DNA of 64,000 bases, taken from the NCBI GenBank assembly GCA_965223265.1, contig OZ244999.1, forward strand, positions 4,256,001 through 4,320,000, in the 5' to 3' direction. The stretch comes from Planctomycetota bacterium (GTDB lineage: Bacteria; Planctomycetota; UBA8108; SXIK01). The notes beneath the pieces are model-generated. The model saw nothing but the letters and a program-made list of their open reading frames with translations, did no database searches and had not been told where the DNA came from. This document shows positions 20,695 to 29,673 of the stretch, piece after piece. The position numbers were made by a program, and so were the translations under genes. The stretch's first letter is position 1; every line of letters begins with the position of its first letter.

Positions 20695-23600
20695 TTGTGA
20701 AGCGGCTGTTGTTGCCGGATCCGCTATCGTTGTCGTTGACGAAGACAAGGAACATCGCCGACCCAGTGTAGTACTGCCCCACCGGAATGACGAACCGCTG
20801 CACGCCGCCGGCGTAAGAATCAAAGTCCCGGATGCCCCAGCCTTGGGTCCCATGAACTTTGAAAATACGACTCGAGCTAAGCGAGTTGTCTTCGTCGAGC
20901 CCGATGCCGTGGATTTCTCCTTCGGCAGTACTGACAAAGTCAAACTCGACGACCGTATTCGCTGTGACTGCAAACGTTGTCGTCGAACGGCGCCACGTGT
21001 TGTCGGTCAAGAGAAGCGTAGCTCCGTCGTCTTCAACTTGAACGTTCGCCGCAGCGTCCTGGTTTGAGTAAGACGTTGTTTGTAGCTGCGTGAAATCGAT
21101 GCAGTCGGTGCACTCACCACCCGGAGGACCTTCTCCTTCGAAGACGCGCACATTACGGAATCGGCTCGTGTTGCCGCTACCGGCGTCAAAGTCGTTGACG
21201 AAGACGAGTCGCATATTCGTCCCCGTGTAGTAGAGCCCAACAGGGATGCTGTAGGTCACGAACTCACCGGTCCCGGGGTAGTTGTCAAAGGCTGAAATAC
21301 CGAGGTTCTGAGTACCATACACTCGGAACATGCGGCTCGAAGTCAGGGTATTGTCCTCGTCGAAGCCAACGCCGTGGACTTCTCCTTGAGACGTGCTGGC
21401 GAACTCAAACTCGATAATGGTGTTCGGCGTCACCGTGTAGCTCTCGAGCGTGCGGCGCCAGGTGTTGTCCGTGAGGAAAAGCGTGGCGCCGTCGTCCTCG
21501 ACCGCTACGTTCGCCGCAATGTCTTGATTCGCGTACGATTCGGTCGCGGAGACTGAAAAGTCGATGCAATCGGGACACGCAGACGGCTCGAGGGTGTCGC
21601 CCGCTTCGAGCTCAGTGAGGAACGTAGCGACGTCGGTGATTTCCCCGGCGGTGAGCGACAAACCGGAGTGCGCCGCGATCGCCTCTTCGATGGTTGCTGC
21701 CGATCCGTCATGGAGATACGGACCGGTGATCCACAGACCCAACAGAGTCTGCGTGTCGATCCCGGGCAGCACCCCGCCAGAGCGCCCGCCGCTCGCTGCG
21801 GTGAGCGTCCCGATGTCGTGGAGCACCAAGGTTTCCGAGTCCGTGAAGTTCGGACCGCTGTGGCACGAGTCGCAGCCACTGTCGATGGCGAGCGTACGAC
21901 CCGCGAGGGCACCCGCACTCAGCGACGCACCGCGGTTTGGATTCGTCGGCACATCGGTGAGAGACTCGAGGTATGCGGCAAGCGCATCGAGGTCGGAGCT
22001 CAACCCAGCCTTCGGAGGACCGAGAAGATCGGAGGTCGCCGCGAAGTCCGGGTCGCTCATAAGACCAGAGCCACCGGCGAATCCACGAATCTGGTTTTCG
22101 AAGTCCTGAATCTCATCGAAGTTGGCACTCCAGTGGATCAGACCGTGCCCAGCTCCTTTTCCCTGTAGGGAAATCGTGTTGCGCACGCCTTCGCCGAACT
22201 GGGTGAAATCCCAGACGCGACCGTCCGTATCGCCTTCGTTGTGGCACGACGCACAGCTCAGGTAGTTGTCCGTTGCCAAACGATCGTCTGCGGCATCGTA
22301 GAAGAACTGCTTGCCCGCGAGCACCGATGCAGAGAGCGTTTCCGTCGCGACGGTCGTCGTGACAACGATTTCCGCGACTTGCGGCAGTCCGGCATCAATC
22401 ACCGTACCAAGATCGTAGAGGCCGACGGATCGGTCCATAAAGTTATGCACGGCGAGCGTCCGCCCGTCGGCCGACAAGGCGAGCCCCTGTGGCGCGCGTC
22501 CGACGTCGATCCGCATGAGCTGCGTGTTGCCGTTGGTGTCGATGATCGCCACCTCGCGGCTGGTCTCAAGTGCAATCAGGAGATACTCTCCATCGAGGGT
22601 CATGACCGCACCGGTTGCCAGGCTGGAGTTGTCGTGATCGATCCGGCTCGTGGTCGCTTCGATGCCCGTGACAAGGTCAACGATCGATGTCGTCGCGCGC
22701 ACCGCCTGATCGAAAGTGAGGTCGCCGGGCACACCGCCTCTGAGGCCGCCGGCGAGGATGTTGTCCTGCTTGCTCGGGACGAAGAGTGTCGCGCCGTCGG
22801 TCGAAACCACCGGCGCCCCCAGGTAATTGGGTACGCCAGGTCCCTGAATCTCGGAGACCGGACGATTCACGTGTGACAGTACGAAGGTGTCGACGAGCGT
22901 GAGCGCCGCCGGATCGACAACGAGCACCTCACCGCCGCCAGTTGTTGTATCAACGACCGCGGTAGACTCGCCTGGAAGCGGCGGCGTGATGAAGCGGGAC
23001 ACGTAGATCGCGTCGCCGTTTGCGCTCATCGCCAAGTGGCGCGGCCGCACGCCGAGGTTCAAGGAAGCGACCACCACATCAGTCGTCGCGTCGATTTTGT
23101 AGAGTTCGCCGGTCGCCTCAAGGACGACGAACAGGTCAGAGCTACTCGGTGCGAAGACCATACCGTGAGGCTGCGACCCGGCGGGCAGCGCGAGCGTGCG
23201 GTCAACTCCGTTGGTGGTCGTGTCGACGACGCTCAACGTTGCGTCCTTCTTGTTTGCGACCCACACCTCGTCGGCGAGGGGTGCCTTCGCCAGCGACCAC
23301 GGTGCGCCGCCAACGGCGATCTCGGCCAACTTGACGCCAGCCAAATCCAGCGCTGAGACCGTGTTGTTGTCGGGGTTCACATTCCAAACGGTCTCGGTCA
23401 CTCCGTCGTTGGCGACGATGATCGTTGACGAGCTACGTGCCCGGAACTCACCGTTCGTCGCGTCGTCCGGAAAAAGATCGGAATTGTCGCCAATGCCATC
23501 GCCGTCGGTATCGGTCGTCTCGTTCGGATCGTTCGGAAACACGTCCGCGTTGTCCCCGACGCCGTCACCATCGCTGTCGGCAGATTCGTTCGGGTCATTC

Positions 23601-26600
23601 GGGAAGGCGTCGCCGTTGTCGCCCACGCCGTCACCATCAGAATCAACGGTTTCGTTTGGATCGTTCGGAAATGCGTCGCCGTTGTCGCCGACTCCATCGC
23701 CGTCGGTGTCCGTTGTTTCGTTCGGGTCGTTCGGGAATGCGTCCTGTGAATCAGGCACGCCGTCACCGTCAGTGTCCGGCCCTGGGTCGAACGGGCCGAC
23801 ACGGACGTTGCGGAATCGACTGTTGTTGCCGCTACCAGCGTCGAAGTCGTTCACGAGTACGAGCCGCATCGAAGCGCCGGTATAGTACTGACCGACAGGA
23901 ATCACGTAGGAAACGAAATCGTTCCCGGAGTAGTTGTCAAAATCCCTGATCCCCCAGCCCTGCGTACCGTGCACCTTGAAAATACGGCTGGAGCTGAGGC
24001 TATTGTCCTCGTCGAGGCCAATGCCGTGGATCTCACCTTCCGACGTGCTCGAGAATTCGAACTCGATCACCGTGTCCGGTTCGACGACAAAAGTCTGGTT
24101 CGTAATGCGCCACGTATTGCCCTGCAAGAAGAGCGTGGTGCCGTCGTCTTCAACCGTGACGTTCGCGGCGGCGTCTTGATTCGAGTACGAGCTGGTCGTC
24201 GTGACGGAAAAGTCGATGCAGGTCGTACAGCCACAAGGATCGACATTGTCTCCGATGCCGTCGCCGTCGCAGTCCGCGGTCTCGTTGGGGTCGTTCGGGA
24301 ACGCGTCGGAGTTGTCGCCAACACCATCGCCGTCCGAGTCCACCGTCTCGTTCGGGTCATTGGGGAAGGCATCGGCATTGTCGCCGACACCGTCGCCATC
24401 CGAATCCGCGGTCTCGTTCGGATCGTTGGGGAAGGCGTCGCCGTTGTCGCCCACGCCGTCACCATCAGAATCAACGGTTTCGTTTGGATCGTTCGGAAAT
24501 GCGTCCGCGGAGTCGACGACGCCGTCACCGTCGGAGTCGAGCTCCGCGGTGCACTCAAACGGCGCTGTGGCACCGACCATTGCCGGATCGTCGCCCGCAG
24601 CACCGGAATCGGCTCCGAGCGAGCCATGGTTACTGCTACCACTGAGATCGGCAACAAATTGGCCAGCGCCATCCAAGCGCCAGTAAGCGATCAATCCCGC
24701 GGAATCATGCTCCACGGTGCGATCATAGTTGTCAGCGATCTCCACCGCACTGCGGGCCACGCTCCAGAGCCGCACCTCGTCGAGATCACCACCCAGGAAG
24801 CCTGCATTGCCTCGTCCCAGCGCCTGCGGCAAGAAGACACCGCTCCAGGTTCCGGTGGCGTCCTCGATGCCATTCAGATAGAGCGTCAGATCACTTCCTG
24901 ACCGGGTGATTGCGAGGTGATGCCAAGTGTTCGCGCCGACGACGGTGTTAGCGATGATCACATCCCCGGGCGCGTACAAGCGCGCTTGGCCGAGGTGGTA
25001 GTTGATGTCCTGTCCGCTGCCTTCTTGGCCCAGGATTCCATCCGCGCTGCTGACGGTGCCAGAGAGCCTCACCCAAGCCTCGACGGTGAAATCTCCTGCG
25101 AAGGAAAGATCAGGGATGTTGACCCAGTCATTCGTGCCATCGAACGCAGCATTCGATCCGCATGCGACCACCGGTGGCTGCGAGTCGATCGTCACCTGGA
25201 TCGTGTGACCAACGGAGGGCACACCTTGATCATCGACGGCAAAGAGCCAGTAGTAGCCCGGCAGTAGCACGTTGGGGTTGGAGTTCATCGTCAGCGTATG
25301 GTCGCCGCCGCCCTGCGAGGTAAACCCTACCGGCACGAAGCGCTGGTCCGTGTTCGTCGCATGCGTCGTTCCCGAGAGGCGGACCATGCTGAAACTTGAG
25401 ATGGTGCCGCCGCTCGTCTGAGCGCCGAAGTTTGCTCCGGCGGAGGTCTGCGCTGCGGCGCTCACAATGCTGGGGCGCGCTGCCGGCGAACCGTCCGGAT
25501 TGAAGAGGTACGGCGGGGAGAAGATCTGTCCATCTTGATGGTTCACGGCGCAGCCCCCGCACGCACCACCACCAGCCGAAAGAACGCGTCCGTCCTTGAG
25601 AAGGAGTGCGATCGAGTGGTAGGTGCGCGGGATGTCCATGCTGCCGAGGGTCGTCCACTGCTGGGTGGTCCGGTTCCACGATTCGGCGGCGAACACGGAC
25701 CCGTTGTCGCTGAAGATCTCGCCCGATGTGTTACCGCCAATCACCAGGACGTCACCGGTCGGGAGCGTCACCGAGTTGTGAAACGCGCGAGCGAAATTCA
25801 TCCCTGTGATCGAGGTGATCTGTGGGCTCGGACCGCTCAAGTCGACGTCATAAACCGCGTTCGTCGTCGGCGGATTGACCGTGCGGTCGGTGCCGCCGAC
25901 GAGCAAGAGCTTACCGACGTCGTAGACCACAGCGTTCGACCACATACGGGTGCGATCGCCGACCGGTTGACCGAGCGATTGGGTACTGCCGGCACCTGCG
26001 GCGTCGAAGATGTGAAACGTCTGCGTCGGTCCACCATGGAACACGCGGCCGTCTGGCATCACCGACATTTTGCTCCACCACTGCATGTCGGACGCCGCAT
26101 TGACAGCAGCCTCGCCGTTGTTGGCGTTCTGCTCGTTGAGCAGATCCTGCATGTCGGCGCCCGGAGTGTGAGTCCAACTGTTGAGAATCGGCGTGAATCG
26201 CTCGGATGTATTCCCGCCCGCGTTGGCAAAAGTGGAAAACACTTCATTCGTCGGCAGCGTCAAATTGGTGCCATACCAACGGTTGAAGTTCATGTTCGAG
26301 CGCGAGCTCCATGTCAGATTGAATGGGTTGAACGCGCTCGTTCTTGTGTCGTTCGGATTGCCGCCCGATGCCACGATGGTGCCGTCTTCGAGTAGCGAAA
26401 TGCCGGCGCAAAACATGTCGTGGAAATCGTTATCCACGGGCACGAAGCTACTGTTCGTCGGGTCGAACACCGAGGCGTGAGTGAATTCTCGGTTCGAAGG
26501 AAAGGACGTCAGCTCGGTTGAGGACCATGTCAGGATTCTGCCATCCGGCAGTGTCGCAGCCGAGATCGCGATCTCCGGCCACGCGATCACCGGCCCCCAG

Positions 26601-27112
26601 CTTCCATCGTCAGCAGCGTTCGGGGGACCATCGAGGACGTTACTGGCCGGAATCGGCGACAATCCACCGCCGGGGGGTGCGTAGACGACGTCGAGCACTT
26701 CGCCACCAGTGCGCTCGAAGAACGTCACCACCATCGAGTGCACGCCGGTGGTTAAAAAGATCGTGCCTTCTTGTGACTGCGGCGCGTGCAGGCCGTCGTT
26801 GTCCACCACCAGCTGACCATTGATCCACAGCCGCGAACCATCGTCCGACGTCGTGCCGAAGCGGTAGTTACCGTCGGCCTGGATAGTGATGTCCCCCGTG
26901 AACCGAAACCCGAAGAGGTCGTCCTGGTTGCGCGGAGTGAGAGAAATCGTGTCGACCGTGCCGGTCTCCAGTGCCGTGAGCTGGTCGAAGTCAGGAAGAA
27001 CCGACCAGGTGCCCTCGTAGTACTCGTAGTTCCAAGCGCCTTGGGCTGAGGTCGCGAGAAAAGCAGTGACGAACAGGGACACGATCCAGGTCAATCCACG
27101 GTGGAAGAACAC
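20672..27112 (-). CDS. Giant secreted protein: PA14 + galactose-oxidase-like copper radical oxidase (kelch + DUF1929) + LamG + TSP3 repeats + YVTN propeller + di-heme cytochrome c + 3 unnamed beta-sandwich domains
   Basis: RBS AAGGAG then GTG 27112; signal peptide ending SAQG/A; SDDGSRL (PA14); HDMFC, RWY, RTYHS, THAT; LDEVRLW (LamG); DSDGDGVGDN.DAFPNDP repeats; NPDNNTVS; CASCH, CDSCH. Confidence 0.85.
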   Translation of the reverse strand: MFFHRGLTWIVSLFVTAFLATSAQGAWNYEYYEGTWSVLPDFDQLTALETGTVDTISLTPRNQDDLFGFRFTGDITIQADGNYRFGTTSDDGSRLWINGQLVVDNDGLHAPQSQEGTIFLTTGVHSMVVTFFERTGGEVLDVVYAPPGGGLSPIPASNVLDGPPNAADDGSWGPVIAWPEIAISAATLPDGRILTWSSTELTSFPSNREFTHASVFDPTNSSFVPVDNDFHDMFCAGISLLEDGTIVASGGNPNDTRTSAFNPFNLTWSSRSNMNFNRWYGTNLTLPTNEVFSTFANAGGNTSERFTPILNSWTHTPGADMQDLLNEQNANNGEAAVNAASDMQWWSKMSVMPDGRVFHGGPTQTFHIFDAAGAGSTQSLGQPVGDRTRMWSNAVVYDVGKLLLVGGTDRTVNPPTTNAVYDVDLSGPSPQITSITGMNFARAFHNSVTLPTGDVLVIGGNTSGEIFSDNGSVFAAESWNRTTQQWTTLGSMDIPRTYHSIALLLKDGRVLSAGGGACGGCAVNHQDGQIFSPPYLFNPDGSPAARPSIVSAAAQTSAGANFGAQTSGGTISSFSMVRLSGTTHATNTDQRFVPVGFTSQGGGDHTLTMNSNPNVLLPGYYWLFAVDDQGVPSVGHTIQVTIDSQPPVVACGSNAAFDGTNDWVNIPDLSFAGDFTVEAWVRLSGTVSSADGILGQEGSGQDINYHLGQARLYAPGDVIIANTVVGANTWHHLAITRSGSDLTLYLNGIEDATGTWSGVFLPQALGRGNAGFLGGDLDEVRLWSVARSAVEIADNYDRTVEHDSAGLIAYWRLDGAGQFVADLSGSSNHGSLGADSGAAGDDPAMVGATAPFECTAELDSDGDGVVDSADAFPNDPNETVDSDGDGVGDNGDAFPNDPNETADSDGDGVGDNADAFPNDPNETVDSDGDGVGDNSDAFPNDPNETADCDGDGIGDNVDPCGCTTCIDFSVTTTSSYSNQDAAANVTVEDDGTTLFLQGNTWRITNQTFVVEPDTVIEFEFSSTSEGEIHGIGLDEDNSLSSSRIFKVHGTQGWGIRDFDNYSGNDFVSYVIPVGQYYTGASMRLVLVNDFDAGSGNNSRFRNVRVGPFDPGPDTDGDGVPDSQDAFPNDPNETTDTDGDGVGDNGDAFPNDPNETVDSDGDGVGDNGDAFPNDPNESADSDGDGVGDNADVFPNDPNETTDTDGDGIGDNSDLFPDDATNGEFRARSSSTIIVANDGVTETVWNVNPDNNTVSALDLAGVKLAEIAVGGAPWSLAKAPLADEVWVANKKDATLSVVDTTTNGVDRTLALPAGSQPHGMVFAPSSSDLFVVLEATGELYKIDATTDVVVASLNLGVRPRHLAMSANGDAIYVSRFITPPLPGESTAVVDTTTGGGEVLVVDPAALTLVDTFVLSHVNRPVSEIQGPGVPNYLGAPVVSTDGATLFVPSKQDNILAGGLRGGVPGDLTFDQAVRATTSIVDLVTGIEATTSRIDHDNSSLATGAVMTLDGEYLLIALETSREVAIIDTNGNTQLMRIDVGRAPQGLALSADGRTLAVHNFMDRSVGLYDLGTVIDAGLPQVAEIVVTTTVATETLSASVLAGKQFFYDAADDRLATDNYLSCASCHNEGDTDGRVWDFTQFGEGVRNTISLQGKGAGHGLIHWSANFDEIQDFENQIRGFAGGSGLMSDPDFAATSDLLGPPKAGLSSDLDALAAYLESLTDVPTNPNRGASLSAGALAGRTLAIDSGCDSCHSGPNFTDSETLVLHDIGTLTAASGGRSGGVLPGIDTQTLLGLWITGPYLHDGSAATIEEAIAAHSGLSLTAGEITDVATFLTELEAGDTLEPSACPDCIDFSVSATESYANQDIAANVAVEDDGATLFLTDNTWRRTLESYTVTPNTIIEFEFASTSQGEVHGVGFDEDNTLTSSRMFRVYGTQNLGISAFDNYPGTGEFVTYSIPVGLYYTGTNMRLVFVNDFDAGSGNTSRFRNVRVFEGEGPPGGECTDCIDFTQLQTTSYSNQDAAANVQVEDDGATLLLTDNTWRRSTTTFAVTANTVVEFDFVSTAEGEIHGIGLDEDNSLSSSRIFKVHGTQGWGIRDFDSYAGGVQRFVIPVGQYYTGSAMFLVFVNDNDSGSGNNSRFTNVRVYDQ
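23460..24540 (-). repeat. Two blocks of 69-bp coding TSP3-like Ca-binding repeats
   Basis: 23-aa unit DSDGDGVGDNxDAFPNDPNETxD at about 23460-23780 and 24240-24540. Confidence 0.85.
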
Positions 27113-27283
27113 GAAGTAACTCCTTGTCGGTTGACGGCCCGGTTGAATCGCTCGGCTTCTCAGACCGAGGGAGGTCTTCAACTGGCTGTTAGGTAAGTCT
27201 TCGTTCGTTCTCAACTCATGGCGCAAAAACGAGAACAAACTCCGGCTGTTGGTGCTAGTTTCTGTACAACACTTGTCAAGTTG

Positions 27284-29002
27284 TCATGAGCTCGTGAGGG
27301 TACCGAGAAATGCTATCAGCTGCCGCTTTTCGTCGTCGGAAAGCGTCAGGTCGGTGAGCTCGTGGAGGCGGTCTTCAGGGGGATGGAGGTAATGGTCGAC
27401 GACGGACTCTAGGTCGCTGAATCGGCCATCGTGCATGTAGGGACCGGTGGCCGCGACGTTGCGGAGGGAGGGCACCTTGAAGGCGCCGCGGAGGTGGGAG
27501 TCGTGTCCGGCTTCAAGGAACTTGAGGGCTCGACACTCCTCCTTTAAGCAATCACTGTGCCTACCAGCGCAATTAAAGGGATCAATCAGCGCCGCCTGCA
27601 CGCCGATCTGACGGCCAAAGTCGAGATGAGGCGCCTGAAACCGCCCCGTTCCTATGTTGTGAAAGTCCGTGTTCGTGAAAAGGGGGCCGTTATGGCAGCG
27701 AAGGCAGTGGGTTCTGCTCTCGTCAACGAAGAGCTTGAGCCCGGCCATCTCGTCGGCATCGAGAATGCCTTCGGCAGCGGCCTCTCCGTCTCGGACAAGT
27801 GTCCTTACGTAGCGATCGAATTTGGCTGGTGCAGGCTTCAACCCAGCCTCGTAGGCGGCGATCGTCTTGCCGAGGTTGGCGAAGACGCGATCGACCTGCT
27901 CTCGCGCCCGCGCCGGCATGGCGTGCCAAGAGGTCCTCGCGGCCTCTTCGGCGAAGGGCCCTGCTCGCGCAGGGAAGAATCGACTGATCGAAAAGTTCGG
28001 GCGCCTTCCGAAGATCTCTTCATAGAGAGGCCCGTATTCGGGATGCCGAAGGACGTAGCGAACGATCTCGACGCGCGTACTGCCCATCTCATCGAGACTC
28101 TCCATGGGAGTCAGAGCCTGTGCCCAAAGGCTGTCGCGGCGACCATCCCAGTAGAACCATGATCCGTAGGCCACACCGAGAAGACCGGGCGCGTGTCGCG
28201 ACGTCTGAGCAAGCCCTTGCGACAAAGCACGGCCATCGCTGAAAAACTTCTCCGGCACGTGGCAGGTGGCGCAGGAGATCTGCCCGTTGGAGCTCAGGAG
28301 CGGATCGAAGAAGAGCCTTCGACCGAGCTCCGCCGCGCGTGGATCTCGTGAAACGCGGTTTGAAGGGTCTGCGGGAACGGGCGGCAACGCGTCAAGGGAG
28401 AGGGACCGCAGCCGCTGTTTCTGGACATCGTGCCAGCCGTCGACGGCGCTCGCACCATCCCGCACATCGACGTTGAACACCACGGTTTCACTCCAGGCAG
28501 TTTGTCGACGGCGCTCCTCGGGTCCTCCGTCGCCATCGCCGGCAGGTGGCAGTGCGTCGAGGCGAAAGACAAACTGCCACCAACCCGTCATGCTGAACTT
28601 GACACCTTCCAGAAGGAAGTCACCACGACCCAGGTAACGCGTCACAGCGGGTTTCGATGGAAAACCATGGCCATGATCTGGCATACCGCCGCTCACCGCG
28701 AGTTGCTGAGGGATCGCGGGGCTGCCGTCTGCAAATTCGACGTGTACGATCCAGTCGTGAAGTTCACGCAGAGGAATCGGCAGTTCTGCAGAGCGCATCG
28801 AAACACGGTAGCGACCTGAGGGAGTCAACTTCTCTGAAGAATAGTCGATCTCTTCACGTGCGCGTGTGTCGTTGGGGGTCGCGAGACCGTCGGCGGCGGA
28901 CGCGCGAATATCTTTCGGTGCGCATCCGATGCTGACGCTCAAGACCGAGAGAAGACACAACATCGCACTGGCGCTGCGAAGAACGGAGCGCTTCGTGCTC
29001 AC
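27284..29002 (-). CDS. Lipoprotein: YtkA/FixH-like domain fused to di-heme CcP/MauG-MbnH domain
   Basis: Lipobox-like SIGC; GGMPDHGHG..P, G.KFSM.G.W; CATCH, WDGRRDSLW, CLRCH, TGPYMHDG...LESVVDHY; start GTG 29002 or ATG 28963. Confidence 0.85.
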   Translation of the reverse strand: MSTKRSVLRSASAMLCLLSVLSVSIGCAPKDIRASAADGLATPNDTRAREEIDYSSEKLTPSGRYRVSMRSAELPIPLRELHDWIVHVEFADGSPAIPQQLAVSGGMPDHGHGFPSKPAVTRYLGRGDFLLEGVKFSMTGWWQFVFRLDALPPAGDGDGGPEERRRQTAWSETVVFNVDVRDGASAVDGWHDVQKQRLRSLSLDALPPVPADPSNRVSRDPRAAELGRRLFFDPLLSSNGQISCATCHVPEKFFSDGRALSQGLAQTSRHAPGLLGVAYGSWFYWDGRRDSLWAQALTPMESLDEMGSTRVEIVRYVLRHPEYGPLYEEIFGRRPNFSISRFFPARAGPFAEEAARTSWHAMPARAREQVDRVFANLGKTIAAYEAGLKPAPAKFDRYVRTLVRDGEAAAEGILDADEMAGLKLFVDESRTHCLRCHNGPLFTNTDFHNIGTGRFQAPHLDFGRQIGVQAALIDPFNCAGRHSDCLKEECRALKFLEAGHDSHLRGAFKVPSLRNVAATGPYMHDGRFSDLESVVDHYLHPPEDRLHELTDLTLSDDEKRQLIAFLGTLTSS

Positions 29003-29009
29003 CTTCGGA

Positions 29010-29199
29010 ACGGCGCACGGAGTGTGCCTGCGACTATAGACCGCCGCAGACTCGTTCTTTAAAGTAGCAGGCACACTCCGTGTGCCGTCCGGAAGTGTCC
29101 GTGAGTCACGATGGCTCGTTTCAAAATACTCACGGCCTCTCCGTGCGGCGTCCGCTCTTCCTTTCTCCTCACCATGGCACACAGTGTGTGCCTGCCATT
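29010..29199. repeat. Cluster of three GTAG-type REP elements in alternating orientation
   Basis: Consensus GTAGCAGGCACACTCCGTGTGCCGT at 29010-29035, 29063-29088 and 29174-29199. Confidence 0.75.
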
Positions 29200-29301
29200 C
29201 TCTCGGACCGGAGTTTTTGATCACGCACGAACTCTCGAAGGGAAAAAGTGCGAAAGGTTAAATCCTGGTGAACTCGCTCGACGCGGCTTTGGCGCGAAAC
29301 G

Positions 29302-29673
29302 GTAGAGTCGAGAGGTGGCGCAGTGGTTTAGGCCAAGGACTTTCCGTTTCCGGCTCTTTCGTCTGCCGGTGCCAAATAGCCTCAGACCGTGCCCTGTTTC
29401 CACCTCCCGCTCATCAAACCGGACGTGCGGTTTTCCCGCATCCGGCTTTCGGACAAGGTTGGGTCGGCTCCTGCATTGACTCTTTCGAGGCCTGCTCGGC
29501 GTTCACTCACGTTACGGCCTGCGTGCTCGCTGGGTCGCCCAGCGACCCTTTTCCTGAAGTACTTCGACGTAGGTCGTTACCTCCCTCCGTCGCTCCGGGT
29601 GCTACCGGCTGGAGCGACCAGTTGCCGGGTGGGATTCTCACCCACTGAGGATTCGTGCCTTTTCACGGCGTAC
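29302..29673 (-). mobile_element. ORF-less, internally deleted group II intron (372 nt)
   Basis: 5' end GTACGCCGTGAAAAG; domain V AAGCCGGATGCGGGAAAACCGCACGTCCGGTTT (AGC triad, GAAA loop, AC bulge); domain VI stem with bulged A; 3' end CTCGACTCTAC. Confidence 0.9.

Noticed and set aside
23460-24540. Regular ~69-bp repeats resembling a CRISPR array
   Set aside because: Period is a multiple of 3, variation is at synonymous sites, the units encode TSP3 repeats inside a CDS, and there are no unique spacers or cas genes.
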